A DNA stretch of 64,000 bases from Clostridia bacterium (GCA_017461385.1 JAFTXZ010000002.1:38221-102220), one strand, 5' to 3'; shown: positions 9,448 through 19,003, numbered from the stretch's first letter. The notes: generated from the sequence alone by a model not told the origin. Translations and numbers: made by a program.

Positions 9448-12330
9448 ATGAGAAAGAAAGTTTTACTTTTTGTGGCACTTCTTTCATTACTTGCTTGCAT
9501 TTTCGCAATGGGCATTAGTGCAGCAGACTTTGAAAGTAACTACACAACCGAGGTAACAACATTCTATGATGCTGACGGTGTTACAGAGTTGTTGCCTACG
9601 TGGGCAAACGTAACTGACAAGGAAGCAACCGCAGTAATTAAAAAGGCTGATGGTAATGCAGTACGTATTCCTGCCTACTATGTTGTTAAGACAAATGGCG
9701 CAAGCTTTAACAAGGAAGGTACAAATCTAGACTTTTCATGGATTACTGAAAAGCTTGGCGAGGAAATTACAGTAGCAAATCTAGTTGCACTTGATGTACC
9801 AAATGACTTTACAAGCTTTAGTGGTGGAATTTCAACCACATACTTCCCAGCACTTGAGGAGCTTGTAATTCCTACAAGCGTAACATCCTTGGGACAAAGC
9901 ATGTTTAGAAACAACACTGTTATTAGGAAGGTATTCGTAAGGCAAGTTGTTGATGCTGATGGCAACGTACAGGGAGTTACTAGGCTACCTGGCTGGTTTG
10001 CTGATATAACCAATGGGTCTACCTCACATCTTGAATCCTTTGACTTTGAGCTTGATTATGTAACATCCATAGGAGATAGAGCGTTCGATAATTCTGCAAT
10101 TAAATCGTTTACAGTTAAAGCTCCTATGACAAGCTTGGGCAATACTGCATTCAATGGCTGTAAGTATCTTGAAACTGTTAGTATTAATAATACAGCAGAT
10201 GTTATAGGTCCTGTCAGCACACTATTCCAAGGTTGCATTAACATAAAAAGTATAAATTTGAATGGCATTTCCATAGGAGGTTACTTTTTACAAAATGCAA
10301 ACGCATTAACAGAGGGTGGATTGACTCTTATTGCAACAAACGTGGCATCAATTTCAGCCGAGGCGTTTAAGAAGGCTGTAAATCTTTCAAACGTTGATAT
10401 TTCTGGTCCAATCACTTCGATTGGTAATAGCATATTCTTGGAATGTAAAAATCTTACCAATGTAAGAATATATAATGAGCTTGAAACTCCTGCCACAGGT
10501 GGAAATAGCTTATGTGACAATCTTGCTACTGACAAGTTAACCTCAGTGGTGCTTCATGGTATTTCTATTGGAAACTATGCGTTCCGTAACCTTGGTCAAA
10601 ACACAAGCTTAACAAGCGAGTGTACAGTTGTTGCTACAAACATTGGATCAATAGGAACAGAAGCATTCAAAAATGCAGATATAATAGTAAGCATATACGT
10701 TGAGGGTCCATTTACCTCAGTTAATAGTGGTCATGTTTTCCGTGACAATGGTAAGCTTAAGGAGCTTACAATTATAAACACTGGTGACACTCTAGTAACA
10801 ATGGGCAATGGTGAAGTAAACCCTGAGCTTACTGATTTAACAATTAAGGGTAAATTTACCCTAGGTACCATGGAAAATTCAGGTAACCCATTGTTTCAAC
10901 AGAACTCAAAGCTAAAGAACGTATATCTTGGAACGGGTGTTCAGTCCATCGGTCAAAAAGCGTTCTATAAGTGCTACGCACTTGAAAAGGTGCATCTTGC
11001 AGATACAATTACCCAAATTGGCGACAGAGCCTTTGATTTTGAATCTGCTAACGTACAGACAAGTGAGACCTTTACCTTCGTTGACGAAAACGGCAATATG
11101 GATAATACCTTGCCAACCTCGCTTACATATATCGGTGGTCACTTCCTAAAGAGAATTAAAATTGCAAATACTGAGTTAATTTTCCCAGAGTCCTTTACAA
11201 ATCATGATTCTGACCAAGACTATGATTTTGAAGACACAATCTTACCAGCAAACTTTAGACTAATTTACCTTGGTAAAATGACAGCGATAGACCTACGTAT
11301 GCTACAAAATAGTAACGTAACTGTTTATTTAACCAAGAATAGTGCAAGTGAGCTTACAAATCCAATTGTTTATGCTTACATTGACGGCACAACCATTTCA
11401 GATAATGGTGGTGTATATTTTGGCACAAACACCAATGGAACATTGACACTTACACTGAACGACTACGTTAAAAACGGATTAAATCCTTCAGAATATATTA
11501 AGTACTACTTCTGTGGTAGCGATGAGGTTGTTTTCCTAACAAGAAGAAATATACCTAAGGGCGAGGGCACAAGCGCTTCATGGGATAACTTCGTTACAAC
11601 CCCTGTAACCTACGCACAGCTAACTGCTGCAGGCGTTACAATTGACAAGCACCCAATTTTAAGTGCGCCAGCCTTCTCACCAGCAACCTGCACAGAGGAT
11701 GGTGGAATCAAGACCTACTGCTTAGGCTGTGGACAAATTGCAAGCATTGAAAAGACAGAGGATGCACTTGGTCATAACTTTGACTATATCAATAGTGCTG
11801 AGGCAAAGCTTATAGCGATTGCTTACGCAAGCTATGATAAGATGGGTACAAAGACAGTATCCTGTGGTAACTGTGGCGAGCATGAGGAATTTGATGCAGC
11901 TGCTCTCTTTGTAAATCAAGGCTTCTCACAGACCGAGTACGAGGCTGGAAGCATTTTGATTAGCTTTGTAATAAATCACAAAGCACTTGATGAGTACAAG
12001 CAAATAACAGATAATGAGTTAACCTATGGTATCTTTGCAATAGCACAACAAAATGCACAAGATGAAAATAGTGTTGATAAGGAAATTGTAAATGCAGACG
12101 GCACAACTATAAAGGGTGTTGCAAGTGTTGATTTCTCAAAGCATGATTACGATATTTTCGCAATCAGAATTACAGGCTTTGAAACAGACGGACAAAAGGA
12201 CGTACAGCTAGCCCTTGGTGCTTACGTAATTGAAAACGGCAAGGTTTCCTACCTACAGGAAGGAAAGCCTGCAGATGGTCAGCTTTATACCTACGTTTCA
12301 TTCAATAGCCTAGCAAGCTACTTTGCTTAA
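9448..12330 (+). CDS. Large secreted BspA-type LRR surface protein
   Basis: Signal peptide MRKKVLLFVALLSLLACIFAMGISA; many LRR_5 repeats (SIGQKAFYKCYALEKVHL); ATCTEDG...CxxC motif; shared C-terminal domain. Confidence 0.88.
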   Translation: MRKKVLLFVALLSLLACIFAMGISAADFESNYTTEVTTFYDADGVTELLPTWANVTDKEATAVIKKADGNAVRIPAYYVVKTNGASFNKEGTNLDFSWITEKLGEEITVANLVALDVPNDFTSFSGGISTTYFPALEELVIPTSVTSLGQSMFRNNTVIRKVFVRQVVDADGNVQGVTRLPGWFADITNGSTSHLESFDFELDYVTSIGDRAFDNSAIKSFTVKAPMTSLGNTAFNGCKYLETVSINNTADVIGPVSTLFQGCINIKSINLNGISIGGYFLQNANALTEGGLTLIATNVASISAEAFKKAVNLSNVDISGPITSIGNSIFLECKNLTNVRIYNELETPATGGNSLCDNLATDKLTSVVLHGISIGNYAFRNLGQNTSLTSECTVVATNIGSIGTEAFKNADIIVSIYVEGPFTSVNSGHVFRDNGKLKELTIINTGDTLVTMGNGEVNPELTDLTIKGKFTLGTMENSGNPLFQQNSKLKNVYLGTGVQSIGQKAFYKCYALEKVHLADTITQIGDRAFDFESANVQTSETFTFVDENGNMDNTLPTSLTYIGGHFLKRIKIANTELIFPESFTNHDSDQDYDFEDTILPANFRLIYLGKMTAIDLRMLQNSNVTVYLTKNSASELTNPIVYAYIDGTTISDNGGVYFGTNTNGTLTLTLNDYVKNGLNPSEYIKYYFCGSDEVVFLTRRNIPKGEGTSASWDNFVTTPVTYAQLTAAGVTIDKHPILSAPAFSPATCTEDGGIKTYCLGCGQIASIEKTEDALGHNFDYINSAEAKLIAIAYASYDKMGTKTVSCGNCGEHEEFDAAALFVNQGFSQTEYEAGSILISFVINHKALDEYKQITDNELTYGIFAIAQQNAQDENSVDKEIVNADGTTIKGVASVDFSKHDYDIFAIRITGFETDGQKDVQLALGAYVIENGKVSYLQEGKPADGQLYTYVSFNSLASYFA

Positions 12331-12335
12331 CAACT

Positions 12336-12363
12336 AAAAAAGCCGACGATGTCGGCTTTTTTT
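12336..12363 (+). terminator. Intrinsic terminator
   Basis: AAAAAAGCCGAC-GAT-GTCGGCTTTTTTT. Confidence 0.85.
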
Positions 12364-12443
12364 ATTTATATATTGCGTGAGAAAGAAAAATATGATAATA
12401 TAATTGTATAATAATTGAAGTCTTAGTGGAGGAGGAATGAAAA

Positions 12444-13514
12444 GTGAGATATATAATAGATGATAAAAAATATAATTTCAAGTCAGCCTTCGACACTAAA
12501 ACAGGGGCATACGTAAGAACGGGAATTCTTGATGAAAATGGAAAAGACACAGGAATTGACCCATTTATGGCATCTTACCCACATTTGATTGACGTTGGGA
12601 TTATGGGACATTGCATTCACGGGAAAACAGGACTTTGCGCCAAGGCTGGTATTGGATGCTATCAAAGTGGACTAACCGTCGAGGAGCCCAATATGACCCT
12701 TGAGGATTTTCGCTCAATTGCAGAGCAATCGAGGGGAAAATGTAATCAATTTGCATTAGGTGGCAGAGGCGACCCTGACCAGCATGAGCATTTTGAGGAA
12801 ATATTAAAAATATGTAGAGAAAATATGCTTGTGCCAAACTTTACTACCTCTGGCTACGGTATGACTCTCCAAATAGCAGAGCTATGCAAGGAATACTGTG
12901 GAGCTGTGGCGGTTAGCTGGTATAGAAGCAAATATACGTACTCAGCCATAGAAATGCTTCTTTCTAAGGGAGTAAAAACTAATATTCACTACGTTTTAGG
13001 TAAAAATTCAATTGACGAAGCGATAATAAGACTTAAGGGAAATGATTTTCCAAAGGGCATAAATGCGATAATATTTTTACTACATAAGCCTGCAGGGCAG
13101 GGCTCAAGGGAAAACGTTTTAGATTTTGACGACCCACGGGTCAGGGAGCTTTTTAAGCTAATCGAGGCGCCACACCCCTTCAAGGTTGGTATGGATAGCT
13201 GTAACGTGCCTGGAGCAATAAATTTTTGCACTAGAATCGTGCCAGAATCCCTTGACACCTGCGAGGGTGGTCGCTTCAGCTGTTATATTGGGGCTGATAT
13301 GATAATGGTGCCCTGTAGCTTCGACCAAGAAAGAAAATACAAGGTAAGCTTAAGAAATCATACAATTGAGCAGGCGTGGAACAGCAAGGAGTTTGAAGAG
13401 TTTCGTAATATATTAAGAAACGCTTGCCCAAGCTGTGAAAAAAGAGAGCTCTGTATGGGTGGATGCCCGCTTATGAAGGAAATAGTTTTTTGTAAAAGCT
13501 CAAAACGCTTATAG
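12444..13514 (+). CDS. Radical SAM protein with SPASM domain and non-canonical Cx7Cx6C motif
   Basis: CIHGKTGLCAKAGIGCYQ, ALGGRGDP (GGE-like), NFTTSG; SPASM-like CEGGRFSCYI...PCSF and CPSCEKRELCMGGCP; GTG start after GGAGGAGG. Confidence 0.88.
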   Translation: MRYIIDDKKYNFKSAFDTKTGAYVRTGILDENGKDTGIDPFMASYPHLIDVGIMGHCIHGKTGLCAKAGIGCYQSGLTVEEPNMTLEDFRSIAEQSRGKCNQFALGGRGDPDQHEHFEEILKICRENMLVPNFTTSGYGMTLQIAELCKEYCGAVAVSWYRSKYTYSAIEMLLSKGVKTNIHYVLGKNSIDEAIIRLKGNDFPKGINAIIFLLHKPAGQGSRENVLDFDDPRVRELFKLIEAPHPFKVGMDSCNVPGAINFCTRIVPESLDTCEGGRFSCYIGADMIMVPCSFDQERKYKVSLRNHTIEQAWNSKEFEEFRNILRNACPSCEKRELCMGGCPLMKEIVFCKSSKRL

Positions 13515-13526
13515 AAAGGAATTCGT

Positions 13527-15011
13527 ATGAAAATTAGAACAGATTTTGTAACCAATTCAAGCAGTAGCTCATTTGTAGCAGTAATTGCCACAAAGAAAAA
13601 TGGAGAGGTAGTAAGGGGCACACTGGATTGTGGAACCGATTACTACGAAATTCCATTGATTGAGGGAAGCCTTGATGAAAATATGGACTTGTTTAAGGAC
13701 GCAATTCAAGGCTCAAGAGACGCCTTTGATTTTTGCGATAAGCTATATAGTGAGCTTTTGAATATTTACCACACTGCCCACGATAATCTGTATCCCATTC
13801 GTGAAATGGAAACGTTTGAGGAGCTTGAAGCAATTCAGATAAAGGGAGAGCAAAGCGGCTCAAGCTACGGGCATTTTGATTACACCTACAATTTCAGCAC
13901 TCAAGAGGTTAGTGGAAATATGGACTACAAGGGTGGCTATGAGGAGCCGGATGGACGTGGCTTTATAGAAAAGCGCTGTAATTATAAGGGCGAGCTTGAC
14001 CGAGAGGGCACCTTTGAAATTGTTGACGGTATTTTGAAAAAATATAACGGACATGAATCTGATATAATCGTGCCGGAGGGAGTAGTGGGCATAGGCGTGT
14101 GTGCCTTTTCCCTAAACAGTGAAATAGAAAACGTATATCTGCCTGACACAGTAAAGTATATTGACGCACTAGGCTTTTTCCATTGCTCAAGGCTAAAAAG
14201 AATAAATCTGCCAAACGGACTTGAAAGACTGGGAAAAAGCGCCTTTGCTGGTTGCTCAAGCATCAAGAAGCTGGAGCTACCAGATAGCCTGTTTGAGCTG
14301 GATATAGAATGCTTTAAGGAAATGAAAAGCCTAAAGGAAATCGAAATTCCAAGTGGCGTTACAGAAATTCCATTTGAAGCCTTTGGAAGCTGTGAAAAGC
14401 TTGAAAGAATTTTATTGCCAACGGGCATTGAGAAAATTGACGAGTATGCATTTGGCTGGTGTTATGGCTTAAAGGAAATACGCTTCCCAGAGGGCTTGAG
14501 GGAGCTAAACATTAAGGCTATGTGTTGCTGTGACAATATAGAAAGAGTATATTTACCAAGCACGGTAGATGACGCCTGCGCAAGCGCCTTTAACGACCTA
14601 AAGCATCTAGAGGCTATTTTTGTAGATGAAAATAACAAGCATTACAAATCAATAGATGGAGTTTTATATACAAAGGATCTAAAAAGACTTATTAAATATC
14701 CAAGAGCAAAAAAGGAAGCTGAGTATATAATCCCAACTGGGGTTAAGTATATTTCAGAATATGCCTTTATGGAAGCAAAGGAACTTGAAACGCTTTCCTT
14801 GCCACAGGGGCTTGAAAGAATCGGCATTGATGCGTTTTCCTGCTGTAAGGGTATTGACAGAATAGAGCTTCCAAACAGTATAAAAAGCGTTAGCCATGGT
14901 GCCTTTGAGGGCTGTAATAGCCTTGATGAAATCGTAATCCCCAAGGATTTTCAGCTTGATGAGGAAAGCTACGACTACTGGCGCGAGGATATGAAAATTA
15001 CTAAAAGGTAA
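13527..15011 (+). CDS. MKIRTDFVTNSSSSSF-domain protein fused to BspA-type LRRs (no signal peptide)
   Basis: N-terminal motif shared with 8877; about ten LRR_5 repeats and a YKSIDGVLYTKDLKRLIKYP insert; starts 12 nt after the radical SAM stop. Confidence 0.88.
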   Translation: MKIRTDFVTNSSSSSFVAVIATKKNGEVVRGTLDCGTDYYEIPLIEGSLDENMDLFKDAIQGSRDAFDFCDKLYSELLNIYHTAHDNLYPIREMETFEELEAIQIKGEQSGSSYGHFDYTYNFSTQEVSGNMDYKGGYEEPDGRGFIEKRCNYKGELDREGTFEIVDGILKKYNGHESDIIVPEGVVGIGVCAFSLNSEIENVYLPDTVKYIDALGFFHCSRLKRINLPNGLERLGKSAFAGCSSIKKLELPDSLFELDIECFKEMKSLKEIEIPSGVTEIPFEAFGSCEKLERILLPTGIEKIDEYAFGWCYGLKEIRFPEGLRELNIKAMCCCDNIERVYLPSTVDDACASAFNDLKHLEAIFVDENNKHYKSIDGVLYTKDLKRLIKYPRAKKEAEYIIPTGVKYISEYAFMEAKELETLSLPQGLERIGIDAFSCCKGIDRIELPNSIKSVSHGAFEGCNSLDEIVIPKDFQLDEESYDYWREDMKITKR

Positions 15012-15019
15012 AAGTAATA

Positions 15020-15811
15020 ATGAAAAACGTACTTATAACAGGAGCCTTTGGTGGAATGGGAATGGCTACTGCAAAAATGCTTAGTGCACAGGGCGTGCGT
15101 ATTTTTGCTTTAGATAAAAAAGTCTCTCAGGCTGATAGTGGCATAATTCCTATTGAGGCAGACGTTACCTCTGAGGAAAGCATAAAAAATGCATTTTCCA
15201 CAGTAAGCAGATATACGGACTCTCTTTGCGCAATTATTCACTACGCAGGGGTTTATATGCTTGACTCGCTGGTGGAAATGGAAAACGAGGATTTTCGACG
15301 CATTTTTGATATAAATATGCACGGTGTTTATTTAGTGAATAAGACCTTTATGCCTCTTATTAAAAAAGGAAGCAAAATTCTTATAACTACAAGCGAGCTA
15401 GCGCCCCTTGACCCATTGCCATTTACAGGTATTTATGCCATCACTAAGGGTGCCCTTGATAAATATGCCTACTCGCTTCGCATGGAGCTTCAGCTCCTTG
15501 GAGTTACTGTATCAGTGCTTCGCGCTGGCGCAGTTGATACAGGTATGCTTGACGTCTCTACAAGCGCCCTTGAGCGCTTTTGCGAAAAAACAAGGCTCTA
15601 TTCCTGCAACGCCACTCGCTTTAAGAAAATAGTTGACGGGGTAGAGGCAAGGCGCGTGATGCCTGAAAAAATTGCCAAAAAATCAATAAAAATAATTAGG
15701 AAAAAAGCGCCTCGCTTTGCGTATAGCATAAATAGAAATCCACTATTGCTTTTGCTAAATGCACTGCCCAAGAGACTACAGCTTTTCGCAATTAGAAAAA
15801 TATTAAAATAA
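15020..15811 (+). CDS. SDR family oxidoreductase
   Basis: TGAFGGMG Rossmann motif, YAITK catalytic YxxxK. Confidence 0.9.
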   Translation: MKNVLITGAFGGMGMATAKMLSAQGVRIFALDKKVSQADSGIIPIEADVTSEESIKNAFSTVSRYTDSLCAIIHYAGVYMLDSLVEMENEDFRRIFDINMHGVYLVNKTFMPLIKKGSKILITTSELAPLDPLPFTGIYAITKGALDKYAYSLRMELQLLGVTVSVLRAGAVDTGMLDVSTSALERFCEKTRLYSCNATRFKKIVDGVEARRVMPEKIAKKSIKIIRKKAPRFAYSINRNPLLLLLNALPKRLQLFAIRKILK

Positions 15812-15840
15812 AAAGACTTTCAATTGAAAGTCTTTTTTTT
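15810..15840. terminator. Bidirectional terminator between convergent genes
   Basis: Perfect palindrome AAAAAGACTTTCAATTGAAAGTCTTTTT. Confidence 0.75.
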
Positions 15841-16320
15841 ACTAAAAATTCCGTATTCAGTATAAAGCCTGCTTTTGATAAAATCCCTTGAGGGCAAGCT
15901 CCAGCAGGACAAACAAAAGTCGTGCAAGGTTGATGGAAGACAAAGGCCCTTATTTCCTTGACGTATATATTTTTTATACTGTCCACTTGCTACAATTTTA
16001 GTATAATGAGTAGCTTCACGTTCCTCAAAGCCAAGCTTCAAAAGATGCTCATATAAATCCTCAGAAAAGCAAAGGTCGGGATAAAGCGCTTGATTGCAAA
16101 TCCCGCCATTCCTTATATAATTTGCAAGTTTGGAGTAGCACTTTTCAAAAGGAACACTCTTGAGCTTCTTGACCATTTTGCAAAGCCAAGGAGTTTTGTC
16201 AACTCGTGGGGTAAACATAGTTCTTGAAATATATTCGTCAACTATTACGTGGTCCTTTCCCCTTATGTGCTTTATAAAGCTAATTAATTCATCTCTTGTC
16301 ATTTGTATCACCTCAGGCAC
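15820..16320 (-). CDS. Hypothetical protein, weak resemblance to a PolC finger subdomain
   Basis: 166-aa ORF filling the gap between SDR and trpS; start uncertain. Confidence 0.55.
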   Translation of the reverse strand: MPEVIQMTRDELISFIKHIRGKDHVIVDEYISRTMFTPRVDKTPWLCKMVKKLKSVPFEKCYSKLANYIRNGGICNQALYPDLCFSEDLYEHLLKLGFEEREATHYTKIVASGQYKKYIRQGNKGLCLPSTLHDFCLSCWSLPSRDFIKSRLYTEYGIFSKKKTFN

Positions 16321-16420
16321 ATTCTATCATAGTGTCTTAAAAAAGTCAACGACACTTGACAGCAATTTTTGCCAGCTTATAGCAGGCTAAAATTCAACCA
16401 ATGCATTTTTGATTGCAATA

Positions 16421-16449
16421 TTGACAATATAAAAACTGTATGCTAAAAT
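16421..16449 (+). promoter_or_regulatory. trpS sigma-A promoter
   Basis: TTGACA-17 bp-TAAAAT with TG extension, 30 nt before the ATG. Confidence 0.75.
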
Positions 16450-16479
16450 ATTACATATCAATATTTTTGAGGTAAAAAA

Positions 16480-17472
16480 ATGGATAGATTATTGACAGGA
16501 CTTCAGCCCAGTGGTAGCTTGACTATTGGAAACTACAGTGGAGGAATCAGACAGGTAATTGATTACCAAAAAACCTACGAAACCTTCCTTTTCGTTCCAG
16601 ATATGCACGCAACAACGGTGCCACAGGACCCAGAGGCTTTACACAAAAACATAAAAAATGCAGTTGGACTTTACATTGCCTGTGGAGTAGATGTAAATCT
16701 AGATAATATGCATTTATATATTCAATCAGAAAACCTATATCACGCAAACCTTTCATGGATTTTGGAGTGTATGACTCCCTTTGGTGAGCTTACAAGAATG
16801 CACCAATTCAAGGAAAAGTCAAAGAATAAAGAGGGCTTTAGCAGTGGCTTGGTAACTTACCCTGTTTTGATGGCGTCTGACATTTTGCTTTACGATGCAA
16901 AATACGTGCCAACAGGCATTGACCAAAAGCAACACGTTGAGCTTGCAAGAAACCTTGCAGAGCGCTTTAACGAAAGGTATAAGGGAGATTTCTTCCAAAT
17001 ACCAGAGCCTGTAATTCCTAAAATTGGAGCGAAAATCCGTGACTTAAAGGATCCTTCCAAGAAAATGAGCAAATCTGCTGAGAATACAAAGGGTACAATT
17101 TTCCTACTGGATTGCGAAAAGGATATTCGCAAAAAGATTATGGGAGCTACAACCGATAGCGACGGCATAATCAAGTTCGATGAGGAAAACAAGCCAGGAC
17201 TTTCTAATCTGCTTACAATTTATTCCGTATTTAGTGGAATGAGTGTTGAGGAGATTGTTGAAAAATTCCAAGGTGGTGGCTACGGCGACCTTAAGAAGGC
17301 TCTTGCAGACCTACTCTGCGAAAAAATTGCAGTTATTCAAGATAACTACCAAAAAATTATGGCAAGTGGCGTAATTGACGACGCCCTTGACAGAGGTAGA
17401 GAATATACAAACGCAATTGCCAAGGAAAAGTACGAGTTAATTCGTAAAACCGTAGGCTACGGCAGAATATAA
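16480..17472 (+). CDS. trpS: Tryptophan--tRNA ligase
   Basis: TGLQPSGSLTIGNY (TIGN), YPVLMASDILLY, GIDQKQHVEL, KMSKS. Confidence 0.97.
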   Translation: MDRLLTGLQPSGSLTIGNYSGGIRQVIDYQKTYETFLFVPDMHATTVPQDPEALHKNIKNAVGLYIACGVDVNLDNMHLYIQSENLYHANLSWILECMTPFGELTRMHQFKEKSKNKEGFSSGLVTYPVLMASDILLYDAKYVPTGIDQKQHVELARNLAERFNERYKGDFFQIPEPVIPKIGAKIRDLKDPSKKMSKSAENTKGTIFLLDCEKDIRKKIMGATTDSDGIIKFDEENKPGLSNLLTIYSVFSGMSVEEIVEKFQGGGYGDLKKALADLLCEKIAVIQDNYQKIMASGVIDDALDRGREYTNAIAKEKYELIRKTVGYGRI

Positions 17473-17483
17473 CGGAAGAATAA

Positions 17484-17520
17484 AAGGTGGTGCAGATTAG
17501 GTTGCACCACCTTGTTTTTT
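17484..17520. terminator. Terminator between trpS and the convergent RSH-like gene
   Basis: AAGGTGGTGCA...TGCACCACCTT stem with flanking A/T tracts. Confidence 0.75.
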
Positions 17521-19003
17521 ATGATTTAGGCTTGTAAATTCCAGAGAATATATCAATATTGTATTTTTCGCTTGCTTTTTTGAAGAATTCATAGAGGCGA
17601 GCTCTTGCAATCTTGCTTTCAAGAATTGTAAACCAATTAAGACGTGCACTGTAGCCACCGTCATATCTTTGAATAACAACCTTGTCGTTGCTTTGTAGCT
17701 TATAGTCAGGCTCCACGTAGTTGTCATTTACAATTGCACCCTGATAGCTTGCACCGATTTCTGTGTTCAAGATAAAGGCAAGATCCAAAACAGTAATTCC
17801 CTTGTCAAGCTCAAGCACGTGTCCGTCCTTAGTGAAGATTTGAATTTTAGAATCGGCTGAGTAGCTACGGGTTGAAAGACTAGAGGATTCTGCTAGGAAA
17901 CTATGGAAATCACGCCTGATAATCATTAGCTTGATAACGTTATGATGCATATCCTCAAGCTTTATGCTTGCAGTGTCATTATCAATAAGCTTGTCGTCAA
18001 ATACGTCGATGATCAAATCGTGAAGCAGGGGCTTAATTAGCTTGAAAACCTGACTTATAAGCGGTTCCTCGTCGTTTACCTCATTTAGCTTGATATAAAG
18101 AGTAGTGTATGGCTTGTATCCTACGAAGGAAAACAGGTCGTCTCTTGTTTGAAGCGCATAGGGGTTTAGATTCTTAATCGCCCTTGAAATCTTTCTTGGC
18201 GTAGGCGTAATAGTGCCCTTGCCAAGACCTGATACAAGACATGCATCTCCACAAGCGTTTTTGATAGCAACTTGAGTTTTGTTCAGCTTCTCGATTGAGT
18301 TTTGTACAAATTTTGAAAGCAGAACCTGTATGTTCTCGTGAATTTTAGGATTCTTTATATAGAAGCATCCATCTGCCAAAAGCTCGGCAATTTGAAAGCA
18401 ACCAAGCTTCTTAGCAAGGGGAATAAGTATTCTTTGAGTGTGGTTTATGTACCTTGCAAGCTCCTCGCTTGTCTTACCCTTGGTGGAGTAAAGATTGTCA
18501 AGCCTGTCGGCAAATTTAATATAAAGTGAGGCGCAATCCTTGCCCTCTGCGTTGGAAATGCGTTTGTCGTATTCCTCTTGAAGCTTATCCCACTCGTCCC
18601 TTGTTGCAGGGGTGGTGGACGAAAGCCTGGTAATGGCTCTTACGTGCTCGGCAACCTCACTGCCAAAATCAGCAGCCATAAGCTCAAAGGTGTAGCCTGT
18701 GTTGTTTTCAACCGTGTCGTGAAGAAGGCTTGCCACAAGAATAGGCGTGGTTGTAAAGCCGTCCTGATACATACGCTTGAAAACAGCCAAGGGGTGATAG
18801 AGGAAAAGCTGACCAGATGGCGAGCGTAAATCCTTGTGCCAATATTTGGCAACCTGCCAAGCAAGAGCTAGCGTGCTGGTATCAACCGAGGTAGAATCTC
18901 CCTTTTCCTGATCTCTTTTTATTTGAGAAATTACACCGTTAAAGCCCTCGTCAATTGCTCTTAATTGCTCGTTAGTTTTATCTGGTAATATGTATTCAAT
19001 CAT
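17519..19003 (-). CDS. Divergent RelA/SpoT-like protein (HD domain, degenerate synthetase, TGS; no ZFD/ACT)
   Basis: SGQLFLYHPLAV, LLHDTVEN, IKFADRLDNL; TGS IFTKDGHVLELDKGITVLDLAFILNTEIG; start ATG 19003 with AGGAG RBS. Confidence 0.85.
   Translation of the reverse strand: MIEYILPDKTNEQLRAIDEGFNGVISQIKRDQEKGDSTSVDTSTLALAWQVAKYWHKDLRSPSGQLFLYHPLAVFKRMYQDGFTTTPILVASLLHDTVENNTGYTFELMAADFGSEVAEHVRAITRLSSTTPATRDEWDKLQEEYDKRISNAEGKDCASLYIKFADRLDNLYSTKGKTSEELARYINHTQRILIPLAKKLGCFQIAELLADGCFYIKNPKIHENIQVLLSKFVQNSIEKLNKTQVAIKNACGDACLVSGLGKGTITPTPRKISRAIKNLNPYALQTRDDLFSFVGYKPYTTLYIKLNEVNDEEPLISQVFKLIKPLLHDLIIDVFDDKLIDNDTASIKLEDMHHNVIKLMIIRRDFHSFLAESSSLSTRSYSADSKIQIFTKDGHVLELDKGITVLDLAFILNTEIGASYQGAIVNDNYVEPDYKLQSNDKVVIQRYDGGYSARLNWFTILESKIARARLYEFFKKASEKYNIDIFSGIYKPKS

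Noticed and set aside
4711-15011. Diversity-generating retroelement acting on the LRR genes
   Set aside because: No reverse transcriptase and no template/variable repeat pair with adenine-specific differences
16321-16479. T-box riboswitch for trpS
   Set aside because: The promoter lies only ~30 nt from the start codon and there is no T-box consensus
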